A DNA stretch of 64,000 bases from Thermoanaerobaculales bacterium (GTDB lineage: Bacteria; Acidobacteriota; Thermoanaerobaculia; Thermoanaerobaculales; Sulfomarinibacteraceae), in contig JALOLD010000002.1 in the NCBI GenBank assembly GCA_025456145.1, positions 61,549 through 125,548 of the forward strand. The letters run 5' to 3'. The notes beneath the pieces were generated by a model, which was not told the origin of the DNA, did not search any database, and was given only the letters and a program-made list of their open reading frames with translations. Positions 36,232-44,500 of the stretch are shown here, piece after piece (within the stretch, counting starts at the first letter, position 1; the number at the start of each line of letters is the position of its first letter). Made by a program: the position numbers and the translations under genes.

Positions 36232-36647
36232 GACCCGGTCTCCATTCCGCGGCGCCGGCTCGCTACGGCGCGCCGGTCCTGCTGCTCGCGGCGGACCTTG
36301 AACTCGAGAAACTCCATCGCCTCGCGGCGGCCCTCGTCGCTGAGCTGGCGCACGAGGTGGAGGATCTGCATGTCCTCGTGGCTGAGCGGCCGCGCGGTCG
36401 GCTCGTCGGCGGCCTGCCGGGGGTCGAAGAAGTCGTTGAGCGCGACGTCGAAGACCGCCAGGATCTTGAAAAGGTTGTCGAGGGAGACCCGGTACTCGCC
36501 CTTCTCCATCCGCGACAGGTCGGACTGCTGGATGCCAATTTGGCGCGCCAGCTCGGTCTGGGTGAGGTGGCGCTCGCGGCGCAGCGCGCGCAGACGGGCC
36601 CCCACATCGGCCGCGGGAGTCGTCAGCTCGTGGAGCTCGATCGCCAT
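36228..36647 (-). CDS. XRE-family helix-turn-helix transcriptional regulator
   Basis: GARLRALRRERHLTQTELARQIGIQQSDLSRMEKGEYRVSLDNLFKILAVFDV is a classic HTH_XRE domain. ATG 36647, with an alternate at 36674. Confidence 0.85.
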   Translation of the reverse strand: MAIELHELTTPAADVGARLRALRRERHLTQTELARQIGIQQSDLSRMEKGEYRVSLDNLFKILAVFDVALNDFFDPRQAADEPTARPLSHEDMQILHLVRQLSDEGRREAMEFLEFKVRREQQDRRAVASRRRGMETGS

Positions 36648-36716
36648 CTCGGTTGCCGTCCCTTTCCGAACCATAGTACCATCCCGCGCGCAGCAGACAC
36701 ACTGCGCCCGAGACGA

Positions 36717-36728
36717 TATACATGTATA
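36717..36728. promoter_or_regulatory. Perfect 12-bp palindrome TATACATGTATA (candidate operator)
   Basis: Self-complementary and pure AT/CATG, in a GC-rich intergenic region between the divergent XRE operon and wzm. Overlaps the -10 element of the XRE promoter. Confidence 0.5.
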
Positions 36729-36754
36729 GTATGCAGCCGTCGCGTCCGCGTCAA
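36726..36754 (-). promoter_or_regulatory. Sigma70-type promoter of the XRE-TPR-secreted protein operon
   Basis: On the minus strand: TTGACG (36754-36749), 17-nt spacer, TACTAT (36731-36726). Confidence 0.5.
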
Positions 36755-36820
36755 GCTGCTCCGGGGTCCGATTCCCCGAAACGCCCGACGCGCCGACTCG
36801 CAATCCGCACCGGGAGATCC

Positions 36821-37660
36821 ATGCTGCGTTACCTGCTCGCCCCCGCACGGCTGGTGCGGACCCTGGCGACCCACCGTTTCCTGCTCGCCCAGCTCGCCTG
36901 GCGGGCCTTTGCGTCGCGTCACGCCGGGGCGGTCCTCGGCTGGCTGTGGACGCCGCTCGGGACCGCGGTCCAGTTCGCCCTCTACACCGTGGTCTTCTCG
37001 GTGATCCTCGAGATCAAGATCCCGCTGATGACTGGCACCGATCTTGCTGATCGCGTGCCCGTGGCGTTCGGCGTCTTCCTGATCACCGGCCTCGTGCCCT
37101 ACCTCGCTCTGAACGACGTGGTCCTGCGGACCTCGCGGGTGATCCGGGCCAACGCCACCCTGGTCCAGCGGGTCCGCCTGCCGCTCGAGGTTCTGGTGGT
37201 CGGCGATCTCCTCGGCACGCTGTTGCACCACCTCGCCGCGGTGGTGCTGATGATCGCCTACTGCGCCTGGTCCGGGGTGCTGGTCCTCGGCGGCGCCGGC
37301 TGGCTGGCGCTCGGGCTCGTCGTGCTGCTGGTGCTGGCGATCGGCGCCGGGCTGCTGGTCAGCATCCTCGGGGTCGCGCTGCCGGACATCCCCGAGGTCC
37401 TCGCCCTGCTGCTCCAGCTCGCGCTGTACGGCGCTCCGATCATCTACTCCCTGAGCTTCGTCCAGCCGGGCTGGCTGAGGATGCTCATCCAGGCCAACCC
37501 CGTGACGCCCCTGGTCGGCGTCTTTCGCGCCGGGCTGCTCGGCGTCGCGCCGCCGGCCGCCCCGTCCCTCGTGTACCTCGCCGCCGTCGCCGCCGTGCTT
37601 CTCGTCGTCGGCTCGGCGGCCCTCGACCGATACCGTATGACGATCCCCGATCTGCTGTGA
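36821..37660 (+). CDS. wzm: ABC-2 type polysaccharide/O-antigen exporter permease
   Basis: 279 aa, 6 TM. N-terminal LLAQLAWRAFASRHAGAVLGWLWTPLGTAVQFALYTVVF pattern typical of Wzm/TagG/KpsM permeases. ATG 36821 after a GGGAG SD. Confidence 0.82.
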   Translation: MLRYLLAPARLVRTLATHRFLLAQLAWRAFASRHAGAVLGWLWTPLGTAVQFALYTVVFSVILEIKIPLMTGTDLADRVPVAFGVFLITGLVPYLALNDVVLRTSRVIRANATLVQRVRLPLEVLVVGDLLGTLLHHLAAVVLMIAYCAWSGVLVLGGAGWLALGLVVLLVLAIGAGLLVSILGVALPDIPEVLALLLQLALYGAPIIYSLSFVQPGWLRMLIQANPVTPLVGVFRAGLLGVAPPAAPSLVYLAAVAAVLLVVGSAALDRYRMTIPDLL

Positions 37661-37688
37661 CGGTCGGGCGATCGATGGAGGAATCCAC

Positions 37689-39374
37689 ATGAACCGAGTG
37701 ATCCATTTTGCCGCGGCCGTCGCCTGCACCATCGCCGTCCAGGCCGGGGCACAGGTTCCAGAGCTCCCGGAGGTCGTGGCTCCCGGTCCCACCCCGACCC
37801 CCGCGTCGCCCATCGGCAGCTCCGAGCGAGCCCTCGCCACCGCGATGGGCGAGACCGAGATGGTCTGGACGCCCGAGCAGGGCACGAGGACCTGGGAGGA
37901 GTTCATCACCGACTGGCTGACGCCGCGCCAGGTCGAGAAGTCGATCGCCGTGCGGGTCGACGACACCTACGCCTATCCCCACCCGGCGGTGTCGATCAAG
38001 ATGGAGATCGTCAAGGAGGACGCGACCCACCTCTGGCTGCGCGGCATCCCGCCCGAGGACCCGGCGTCCCCGTTGCACAACATCTGGGCCAGGCGCCAGG
38101 CCGAGGAACGGCTGGTCAAGGACCGGATGGACTGGGAGCGCGAGCACGGCGACTACCACACCTGGGTCGACTTCGGCGCGGTCATCGTGCCGCCGCCCTT
38201 CGCCGACGTTCTCAGCCTCGAGCCCCACAACACCGGCCTGCCGCAGAGCGGGCTGTGGCAGATGAACTTCGTCATCGACGACGTCGATGACGACGGGATC
38301 GACGACCTCGTCGCGCCACCGGCGCGCAAGGGCGTCAGCCAGCCGGCGGTTTACAAGGGGCTGCCGGACGCGGGCTTCCGGCTGATGCGCGAGGCCGGCT
38401 GGCTGCGCGGCATCCCCTACGACTACGGAGGTGTGGCGACCGGAGACTTCGACGGCGACGGCCACCTCGACATCGTGCTGGCGATCCACTTCAAACAGCA
38501 GTTCGTGCTGTACGGCGACGGCAAGGGCGGCTTCCCGCGCAGCGACCGGCTGAGCGGGCCCGATCCGCGTTTGACATCGCGCGCCTGCACCGTGGCCGAC
38601 TTCAACGGCGACGGCCGCGAAGACCTGGCCTTCATCGCCGAGCTCGACGTCGACCTCGGCAACCAGCAGAGGATCGAGGACAAGTCGACGGTATGGGTCC
38701 AGCTGCGCACCGACAACGGCTGGCAGCTGGTCACCGAGGGTCTGCCGATCGTGCTGATCAGCGACGACATCGAGAGCGTCGACGTCGACCGCGACGGCCG
38801 GGTCGACCTGGTTGTCGGGTCGAACACCGCCGACTGGCGCAAGCTCGTCTTTCTCAACCGCGAGGACGGCTGGCAGGAGCAGTTCTCGCACGGCGTGCTG
38901 AGCAACGCCTACCACTTCGACGTCGAGCCGTTGGCGGTCGAGGGCGGCGACCTCGAGGTCTATGCCGCCTTCATGCAGTACCGCATGATCGACGGCAAGA
39001 ACACCGCGCGGACCGGCCTGCTCCGCTACCGCTGGACCGAGGACGGGCTGGTCGCCCCGACCGGGCCGATCTACTTCGACGACGACCGCACCAACCCCTA
39101 CGTCCGGGTCGGGGTCGGCGACCTCAACGGCGACGGCGTCACCGATCTCGTGTCGGGGCGCAAGCTCGGCGGGCTCGAGGCCTGGATCGGCAACGCCGAC
39201 GGCGGCTTCACCCTCGAGACCAGCCCCGAGCTGGTCGGACCGGGACGGGCCTTCGAGATCCAGCTCGCCGATCTCGACGGCGACGGCCGCGACGACATCC
39301 TCGCCGCGTTTGCCGAGGTCGAGGAGAAGCCGGGCGGGATCCGGCTCTGGCTCAGCCGGCCCGCGACCGAGTGA
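37689..39374 (+). CDS. Secreted FG-GAP/VCBS repeat protein
   Basis: Signal peptide MNRVIHFAAAVACTIAVQAGA. Five Ca-binding-type repeats: GDFDGDGHLDIV, ADFNGDGREDLAF, VDVDRDGRVDLVV, GDLNGDGVTDLV, ADLDGDGRDDIL. Lies 28 nt after wzm. Confidence 0.85.
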   Translation: MNRVIHFAAAVACTIAVQAGAQVPELPEVVAPGPTPTPASPIGSSERALATAMGETEMVWTPEQGTRTWEEFITDWLTPRQVEKSIAVRVDDTYAYPHPAVSIKMEIVKEDATHLWLRGIPPEDPASPLHNIWARRQAEERLVKDRMDWEREHGDYHTWVDFGAVIVPPPFADVLSLEPHNTGLPQSGLWQMNFVIDDVDDDGIDDLVAPPARKGVSQPAVYKGLPDAGFRLMREAGWLRGIPYDYGGVATGDFDGDGHLDIVLAIHFKQQFVLYGDGKGGFPRSDRLSGPDPRLTSRACTVADFNGDGREDLAFIAELDVDLGNQQRIEDKSTVWVQLRTDNGWQLVTEGLPIVLISDDIESVDVDRDGRVDLVVGSNTADWRKLVFLNREDGWQEQFSHGVLSNAYHFDVEPLAVEGGDLEVYAAFMQYRMIDGKNTARTGLLRYRWTEDGLVAPTGPIYFDDDRTNPYVRVGVGDLNGDGVTDLVSGRKLGGLEAWIGNADGGFTLETSPELVGPGRAFEIQLADLDGDGRDDILAAFAEVEEKPGGIRLWLSRPATE

Positions 39375-39378
39375 CGGC

Positions 39379-39408
39379 TTGACATTCGCCCCGGATCGGC
39401 TCGATAAT
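39379..39408 (+). promoter_or_regulatory. Upstream tandem promoter candidate for the 502-aa gene
   Basis: TTGACA (39379-39384), 18-nt spacer, GATAAT (39403-39408). Confidence 0.4.
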
Positions 39409-39437
39409 GACCGACGGTGGGGAAACGCCTTCAGCTA

Positions 39438-39467
39438 TTGACAGACGAGCGGCATCGGTGCTATATT
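39438..39467 (+). promoter_or_regulatory. Near-consensus sigma70 promoter for the 502-aa gene
   Basis: TTGACA (39438-39443), 18-nt spacer, TATATT (39462-39467). Followed by an AT-rich leader of about 150 nt and a GGAAGGAG SD (39608-39615). Confidence 0.6.
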
Positions 39468-39622
39468 TTATGCTGTGATGACATAAAGATGAGCTAAAAG
39501 CTTGAAGGAAAAATACTTAAACAGGAGGTGATGCGAAAGAGACGGAGCAGGTGAGGGGCCCTGGAAGGGGCCGCGAAACCGGAAGTACTTTGGCAATGTA
39601 TTCGAATGGAAGGAGCTGAGTA

Positions 39623-41131
39623 ATGAAAAGATTCGTGACTCTCGCGCTGGTTGGCGCGCTGGTCCTGGGCGCAAGCAGCATCGTGTACGCGAATGTCTGC
39701 GCCTTCGACGTTGCGCCGGCCGCGACCATCCTGTTCCCCTTCGTGACCCTCGACTACAATAATCCGACGTCGGGTCTGAGCACCACCTTCTCGATCACCA
39801 ACGTGTCGGCCGAGGCCCAGGTGGTCCACGTGACCGTGTGGACCGACTTCTCGGCGGCGATCCTCGACTTCAACATCCTGCTCACCGGCTACGATGTGAT
39901 CTCGATGAACATCCGCGACATCCTCGTCAACGGCCAGCTCCCCGTCACCAAGAACGAGGCGCACAGCGGCAACGAGGGTGTGTCGGTCAACGGCCCGGTG
40001 TCGTTCGGCAACCAGCTCAACGGCTCCTGGCTCAACCCGGGCATCGACGATCCGCAGCCGACCTCCGACCTCGGCGCCCGCTGCAACAGCTCGAACTCCT
40101 CGTACCCCGGCCTGTACGCGTCCCCGATCCCGCCGGGCTTCCTCGGCCTGTTCCAGGGTTATCTGCAGGTCAGCCAGACCGTCGACCGGCTGCACAGCAA
40201 CGACTGCGTGAAGTCGTTCGGCGACGCGTACGAGCTCACCCCGACCCCCTACTGGGCCGAGCGTGACACCACCTACCCGACCTGGATGTACATCACCGCC
40301 GACGTGGTCGAGAACTGCAACAAGCTGTTCCCCGACTCCCCTGGCTACTTCAGCCAGGAGGCGCGGATGGACAACGTCCTGATCGGCGACGTGTTCTGGA
40401 CCTCGACCGTTGACCGGCTCTCCGAGGCCAACAACGCGGTCCACCTCGAGGCCTCGATGAACCTCGACGCCGTCGCCACCATCGCCCCGACCGGCTTCCC
40501 GGTCTCCTTCTACCACCGCTACGCGGTGCTCAACGACGGCGTCTCCGACTACCGCGAGCCGCTGCCGACCGCGTGGGCCTTCCGCTACCTCGGCGCCGGC
40601 GTTGCCGGTATCGATACCGACGTCCAGGTGTGGAAGGGCTCGAGCGCCTACGCCTTCACCTATGACCTCGACCGCAACGGCGCCAACCAGGTGTCGCCGG
40701 ACGAGCTCGTCGCCTCGAACTGCCACGCCTACACCTACTATGCGTGGGACGAGGACGAGATGGTCACCACCGTGACCTCGGTGCCGTGGTCGATGCCGGG
40801 CGGCGAGTCGGTCATCCCGAACCTCATCCCGCTCGAGACCCAGTCGATCCCGGTCGACCAGTTCGACACCCCGGGCGCCTACGGCTGGATGCTCTTCGTG
40901 TGGCCGGCCTCGAACTACCCGCCGAACGCCACCAACGAGCCCGATGACTTCTATCAGACCTGGATGGGCGTCCGCTACGAGGCGAACACCCAGTGGTCGG
41001 CCGAGCGTGACGCCGCCGTCATGGGCAACTGGAACTGCTTCAGCGACCAGTACCTGCCGCTCCTGGGCATCAACTACCAGTATGTTGATCCCACCGGCTA
41101 CGTGACCTCTCCGGGCGCTCCGGTCAACTAA
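39623..41131 (+). CDS. Orphan secreted acidic protein (502 aa), candidate abundant surface/structural protein
   Basis: Signal peptide MKRFVTLALVGALVLGASSIVYA. The mature part is rich in N/T/S/Y/W/P/D, with about 5 Lys and 6 Cys. Third-position GC is high. Bracketed by strong promoter(s) and a strong terminator. No family recognised. Confidence 0.85.
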   Translation: MKRFVTLALVGALVLGASSIVYANVCAFDVAPAATILFPFVTLDYNNPTSGLSTTFSITNVSAEAQVVHVTVWTDFSAAILDFNILLTGYDVISMNIRDILVNGQLPVTKNEAHSGNEGVSVNGPVSFGNQLNGSWLNPGIDDPQPTSDLGARCNSSNSSYPGLYASPIPPGFLGLFQGYLQVSQTVDRLHSNDCVKSFGDAYELTPTPYWAERDTTYPTWMYITADVVENCNKLFPDSPGYFSQEARMDNVLIGDVFWTSTVDRLSEANNAVHLEASMNLDAVATIAPTGFPVSFYHRYAVLNDGVSDYREPLPTAWAFRYLGAGVAGIDTDVQVWKGSSAYAFTYDLDRNGANQVSPDELVASNCHAYTYYAWDEDEMVTTVTSVPWSMPGGESVIPNLIPLETQSIPVDQFDTPGAYGWMLFVWPASNYPPNATNEPDDFYQTWMGVRYEANTQWSAERDAAVMGNWNCFSDQYLPLLGINYQYVDPTGYVTSPGAPVN

Positions 41132-41152
41132 GCGACCCAACCGTGCGATCCA

Positions 41153-41181
41153 GAGGCGGCCTTCGGGCCGCCTCTTTTTTT
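41153..41181 (+). terminator. Strong Rho-independent terminator
   Basis: GAGGCGGCC (41153-41161), loop TTCG, GGCCGCCTC (41166-41174), T7 (41175-41181). Confidence 0.88.
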
Positions 41182-41526
41182 GCCGGTCGCCCGCGTCGAC
41201 TGGACGAGAGACCGGCGCCTTCCTCCTCATCGGAATGACCCGATGCCGACCTCGGACGATCGCCCGGTGGGACCCCGGGTGAGGTGGCGACCGGAGACCC
41301 GGCCGGGGGCACAACCGCACATGTCAAGAACGTAAAAGGCCGGTCAACCACCCACACCGGGGTGGACAGTCGATCGCCGTTTGGTCATACTCTCAGCCGC
41401 GCTGCGGCAGGGGAGGGCGGGCGAAGCGTCGAGCTGCCGGTCCCGACCCCCTCGTGACCCGGGTCACAGCTCGGAGTGATCGGCTAAGTATCTGAAAAAG
41501 ATCGGGCTAATGTTAGAATTGTCGTG

Positions 41527-41556
41527 TTGACAGCGTCAAATTCCGTTGCCTATAGT
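41527..41556 (+). promoter_or_regulatory. Near-consensus sigma70 promoter for the giant gene
   Basis: TTGACA (41527-41532), 18-nt spacer, TATAGT (41551-41556). GGAGG SD at 41565-41569, ATG at 41577. Confidence 0.6.
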
Positions 41557-41576
41557 GGACCCGTGGAGGTGACCTC

Positions 41577-44500
41577 ATGATCCGACCTCTCGCGACCCGT
41601 ACCCCGGTGGTATCCGCCTTCGCGGTCGTCGCGTTTGCCGTCGCGCTGCTGCCGGCCGGCGACGCCGCTGCCCAGGGCTGCTTCGAGCACGTTCGAAACC
41701 TCAACTACTCGCCGACCAACTGCGAGGCCCTGCCGACCATCGACCGGGTGTTCCGGATCCAGGAGATCCGCTGGAAGGGGCACGACTACCTCTTCGTCGA
41801 CGAGGGCAACGAGATCGCGATCTTCAACATCGACGACCCCACCGACCCGGACAACCTGACGACCTCCAACTTCAACATCCCCAACGTCGGCGACTCAGAC
41901 TACGACCTCATCAACTTCTCGGTGTGCGACGACTGCCGGTACGGGATCGCCAACTACAAGGCGGCGACGGTGCTCTTCGACCTCGGGACCGGGGCGCTCC
42001 CCGGCTTTGCCGCCTCGAGCAAGAACTTCGACGCCAACCTCATCCAGGGCGGCTACACCTTCTCCTACGGCAGCCAGCAGTACCTGGTCGCGGCGAGCCT
42101 CGGGACGGCGCCCTGCCCGAACAACAAGTCGGGGCTCTACCTGTTCAACGGGATCGCCGAGGCCGGCAACCCGGTCATCCAGTGCCTCGACAACGGCGGC
42201 AGCGGGCCGGAGATCCAGAACGGGCTCCGGGTCGAGGGGACCGACCCGCCGGTGATCTACATGTCCGAGCGCTTCGGCCAGTTCCGGATCTACCGGGCTC
42301 ACACCAGCCCGACCTTCGGTCTCGACTACCTGGGCAACGGCGGTATCTCGACCGCCAACATGACCCGCGGCTACGGCGCCGCGGTCGATGCGAGCGCCGG
42401 GCTGCTCGCGGTCGCCAACGCCGGCGTGCTCAAGATCTACGACATCGGCTGGGGCAACGGGACCCCGGCGACCCCATCGCAGCTGTCGAGCAAGACCCTG
42501 ACCGGGCTGGCGAGCGCCAACGCGGTCGGGCTGCGCTACCCGATCGTCCACGTCGCCCAGCGCAACGCGACGGTCGAGCCGCAGACCTTCGACGTCTCGA
42601 CGCCGACCAACCCGGTGTCCCTCGACCAGGACTTCTGGGACCCGTCCAACCCGTGGAACGCCCTCGGAAGCTGCCTGTGGAACCAGCACGTGGTCTTCTC
42701 CGACGACGGCGCCGCGATGTACCTTTCGCGCTACAGCTCGCTCCAGGTCATCGACCCGACCGCCTGTTCGGGGCCGATCCAGCCGATCGCCAACCTCAGC
42801 ATGAGCCCGCAGCCGGCCTTCCCCGGCGACCAGCTGACCGTGACCAACACCTCGGTCGGCGGCGAGCGTTGGGCTCGCTGGATCACCGACGGCTCGAGCC
42901 CGCACGGCAGCACGGTTCTCGCCGGTTCGACGAGCCTGACCACCAGCAACCTGCCGCTGGTCTACACCCTGCCGATCGACATGACGACGACCGACGTCTT
43001 CTACGCCCACGCCGCGGTCGAGACCGACGAGTACCCCTACGTCCCCGGCTCGACCCCCGAGCAGATCAAGACCCAGCAGGTGTCGATCAACCGCACGCCG
43101 ACCGCGACGATCAGCGTCACCCCGCAGGCGGCGATCACCGGCGACACCGTCACCCTGACCGCGGGCGCCCAGGGCCATCCCGGGGGTGCCGTCCCTTTTG
43201 AGTGGATGGTCACCGGTCCGACGGGGTCGACCCCCTACACGGGCAACCCGGTGACCGGCGTCGTGCTCGGCGAGAGCGGGCAGTGGACCTTCGCGGTCGA
43301 CGTCAACTACCAGCACATCGTCGGCGGCAACCCCTACACCTACTCCACCCAGCTGGTCCGCGACATCTCGTCGGTGGCGGCGGACTTCACGATCTCGCCG
43401 GCGGCGCCCAAGCACAACGAGCTCATCACGCTCACCAGCACCTCGCGGGCCCAGACCGGGGCGGTGCTGACCTTCGACTGGGACGTGCTGACCCCGGCCG
43501 GCGCGCTAGTCCACGAGCTCGCCTTCTGCGACGGCGCGGGCCCGGTCAACGACCAGTGCCAGATCCCCGCCGAGACCCTGACCTGGGACACCTATGACAT
43601 CCGCCTGACGCTGACCAACAGCGTTCCCGACCCGGACGACGTCAGCGTCAAGCTCGCCGAGGACGTCGTGGTGGCCAACGGCAACATCCAGGTCGACTTC
43701 ACCTGGGCGCCGACCAGCCCCGAGATCGGCACCTGGATCGGCTTCCAGGTCACCGGGGTCTCGGCTCAGGACATCGAGCGGTCGGAGTGGACCTTCGGCG
43801 GCACCGGGTGCGACGGCACCACCACCTACACCTGCGTCGAGCCGCACTTCCCGAGCTGCAACGAGGCCGCCTTCGCCTACGCGAGCGGCGGGCAGAAGAC
43901 GGTACGGCTCACCGTCACGACGACCGGCGGGATCGCCCAACCTCAGGTGAGCCACGTCGTGTCGGTGAGCAACACCGGCTCGTGCAGCGGCACGCCGACC
44001 TGCACCTACTCGATCAGCCCGACCTCGCGGACCTTCACCTCGGCGGGAGGCACCGGCACGATCTCGGTGAGCACCCAGACGGGCTGCAGCTGGACGGCGA
44101 GCGAGGGCGTACCATGGATCTCGATCACGGCGGGATCGAGCGGCAGCGGCTCGGGGACCGTGACCTACCAGGTCGCCGAGAACACCGGCCAGCAGCGCAC
44201 GGCCCAGATCACCGCCGCCGGCAAGACCCACACCGTCACCCAGGAGGCAGGGATCGTCTGCCAGTACTGGCTGACCACCCAGGGCAAGGTCTTCGACCCC
44301 TCGGGAGGGGCCGGCAGCTTCACCATCAACGCCTCGGACGAGAGCTGCACCTGGCAGGCGACGAGCACGGTCGGCTGGATCTCGGTGAGCACGCCGAGCG
44401 GCAGCGGGCCGGGTACCATCAACTACAACGTCGCCGAGAACAACACCCCGCACCAGCGCGAGGGGATCATCCGGGTCACCGGCCAGAGCAGCTTCACCGA

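Noticed and set aside
39531-39554. Mini-ORF MRKRRSR behind an AGGAGG in the leader of the 502-aa gene.
   Set aside because: SD-to-ATG spacing is only about 2 nt, and the 7 codons give no independent support. It is kept only as a remark within the leader finding.
41124-41357. 77-aa minus-strand ORF in the 445-nt gap between the 502-aa gene and the giant gene.
   Set aside because: It reads straight through the strong terminator hairpin. Third-position composition is mixed and there is no SD. I left the GC-rich 41182-41450 stretch as unassigned non-coding sequence.
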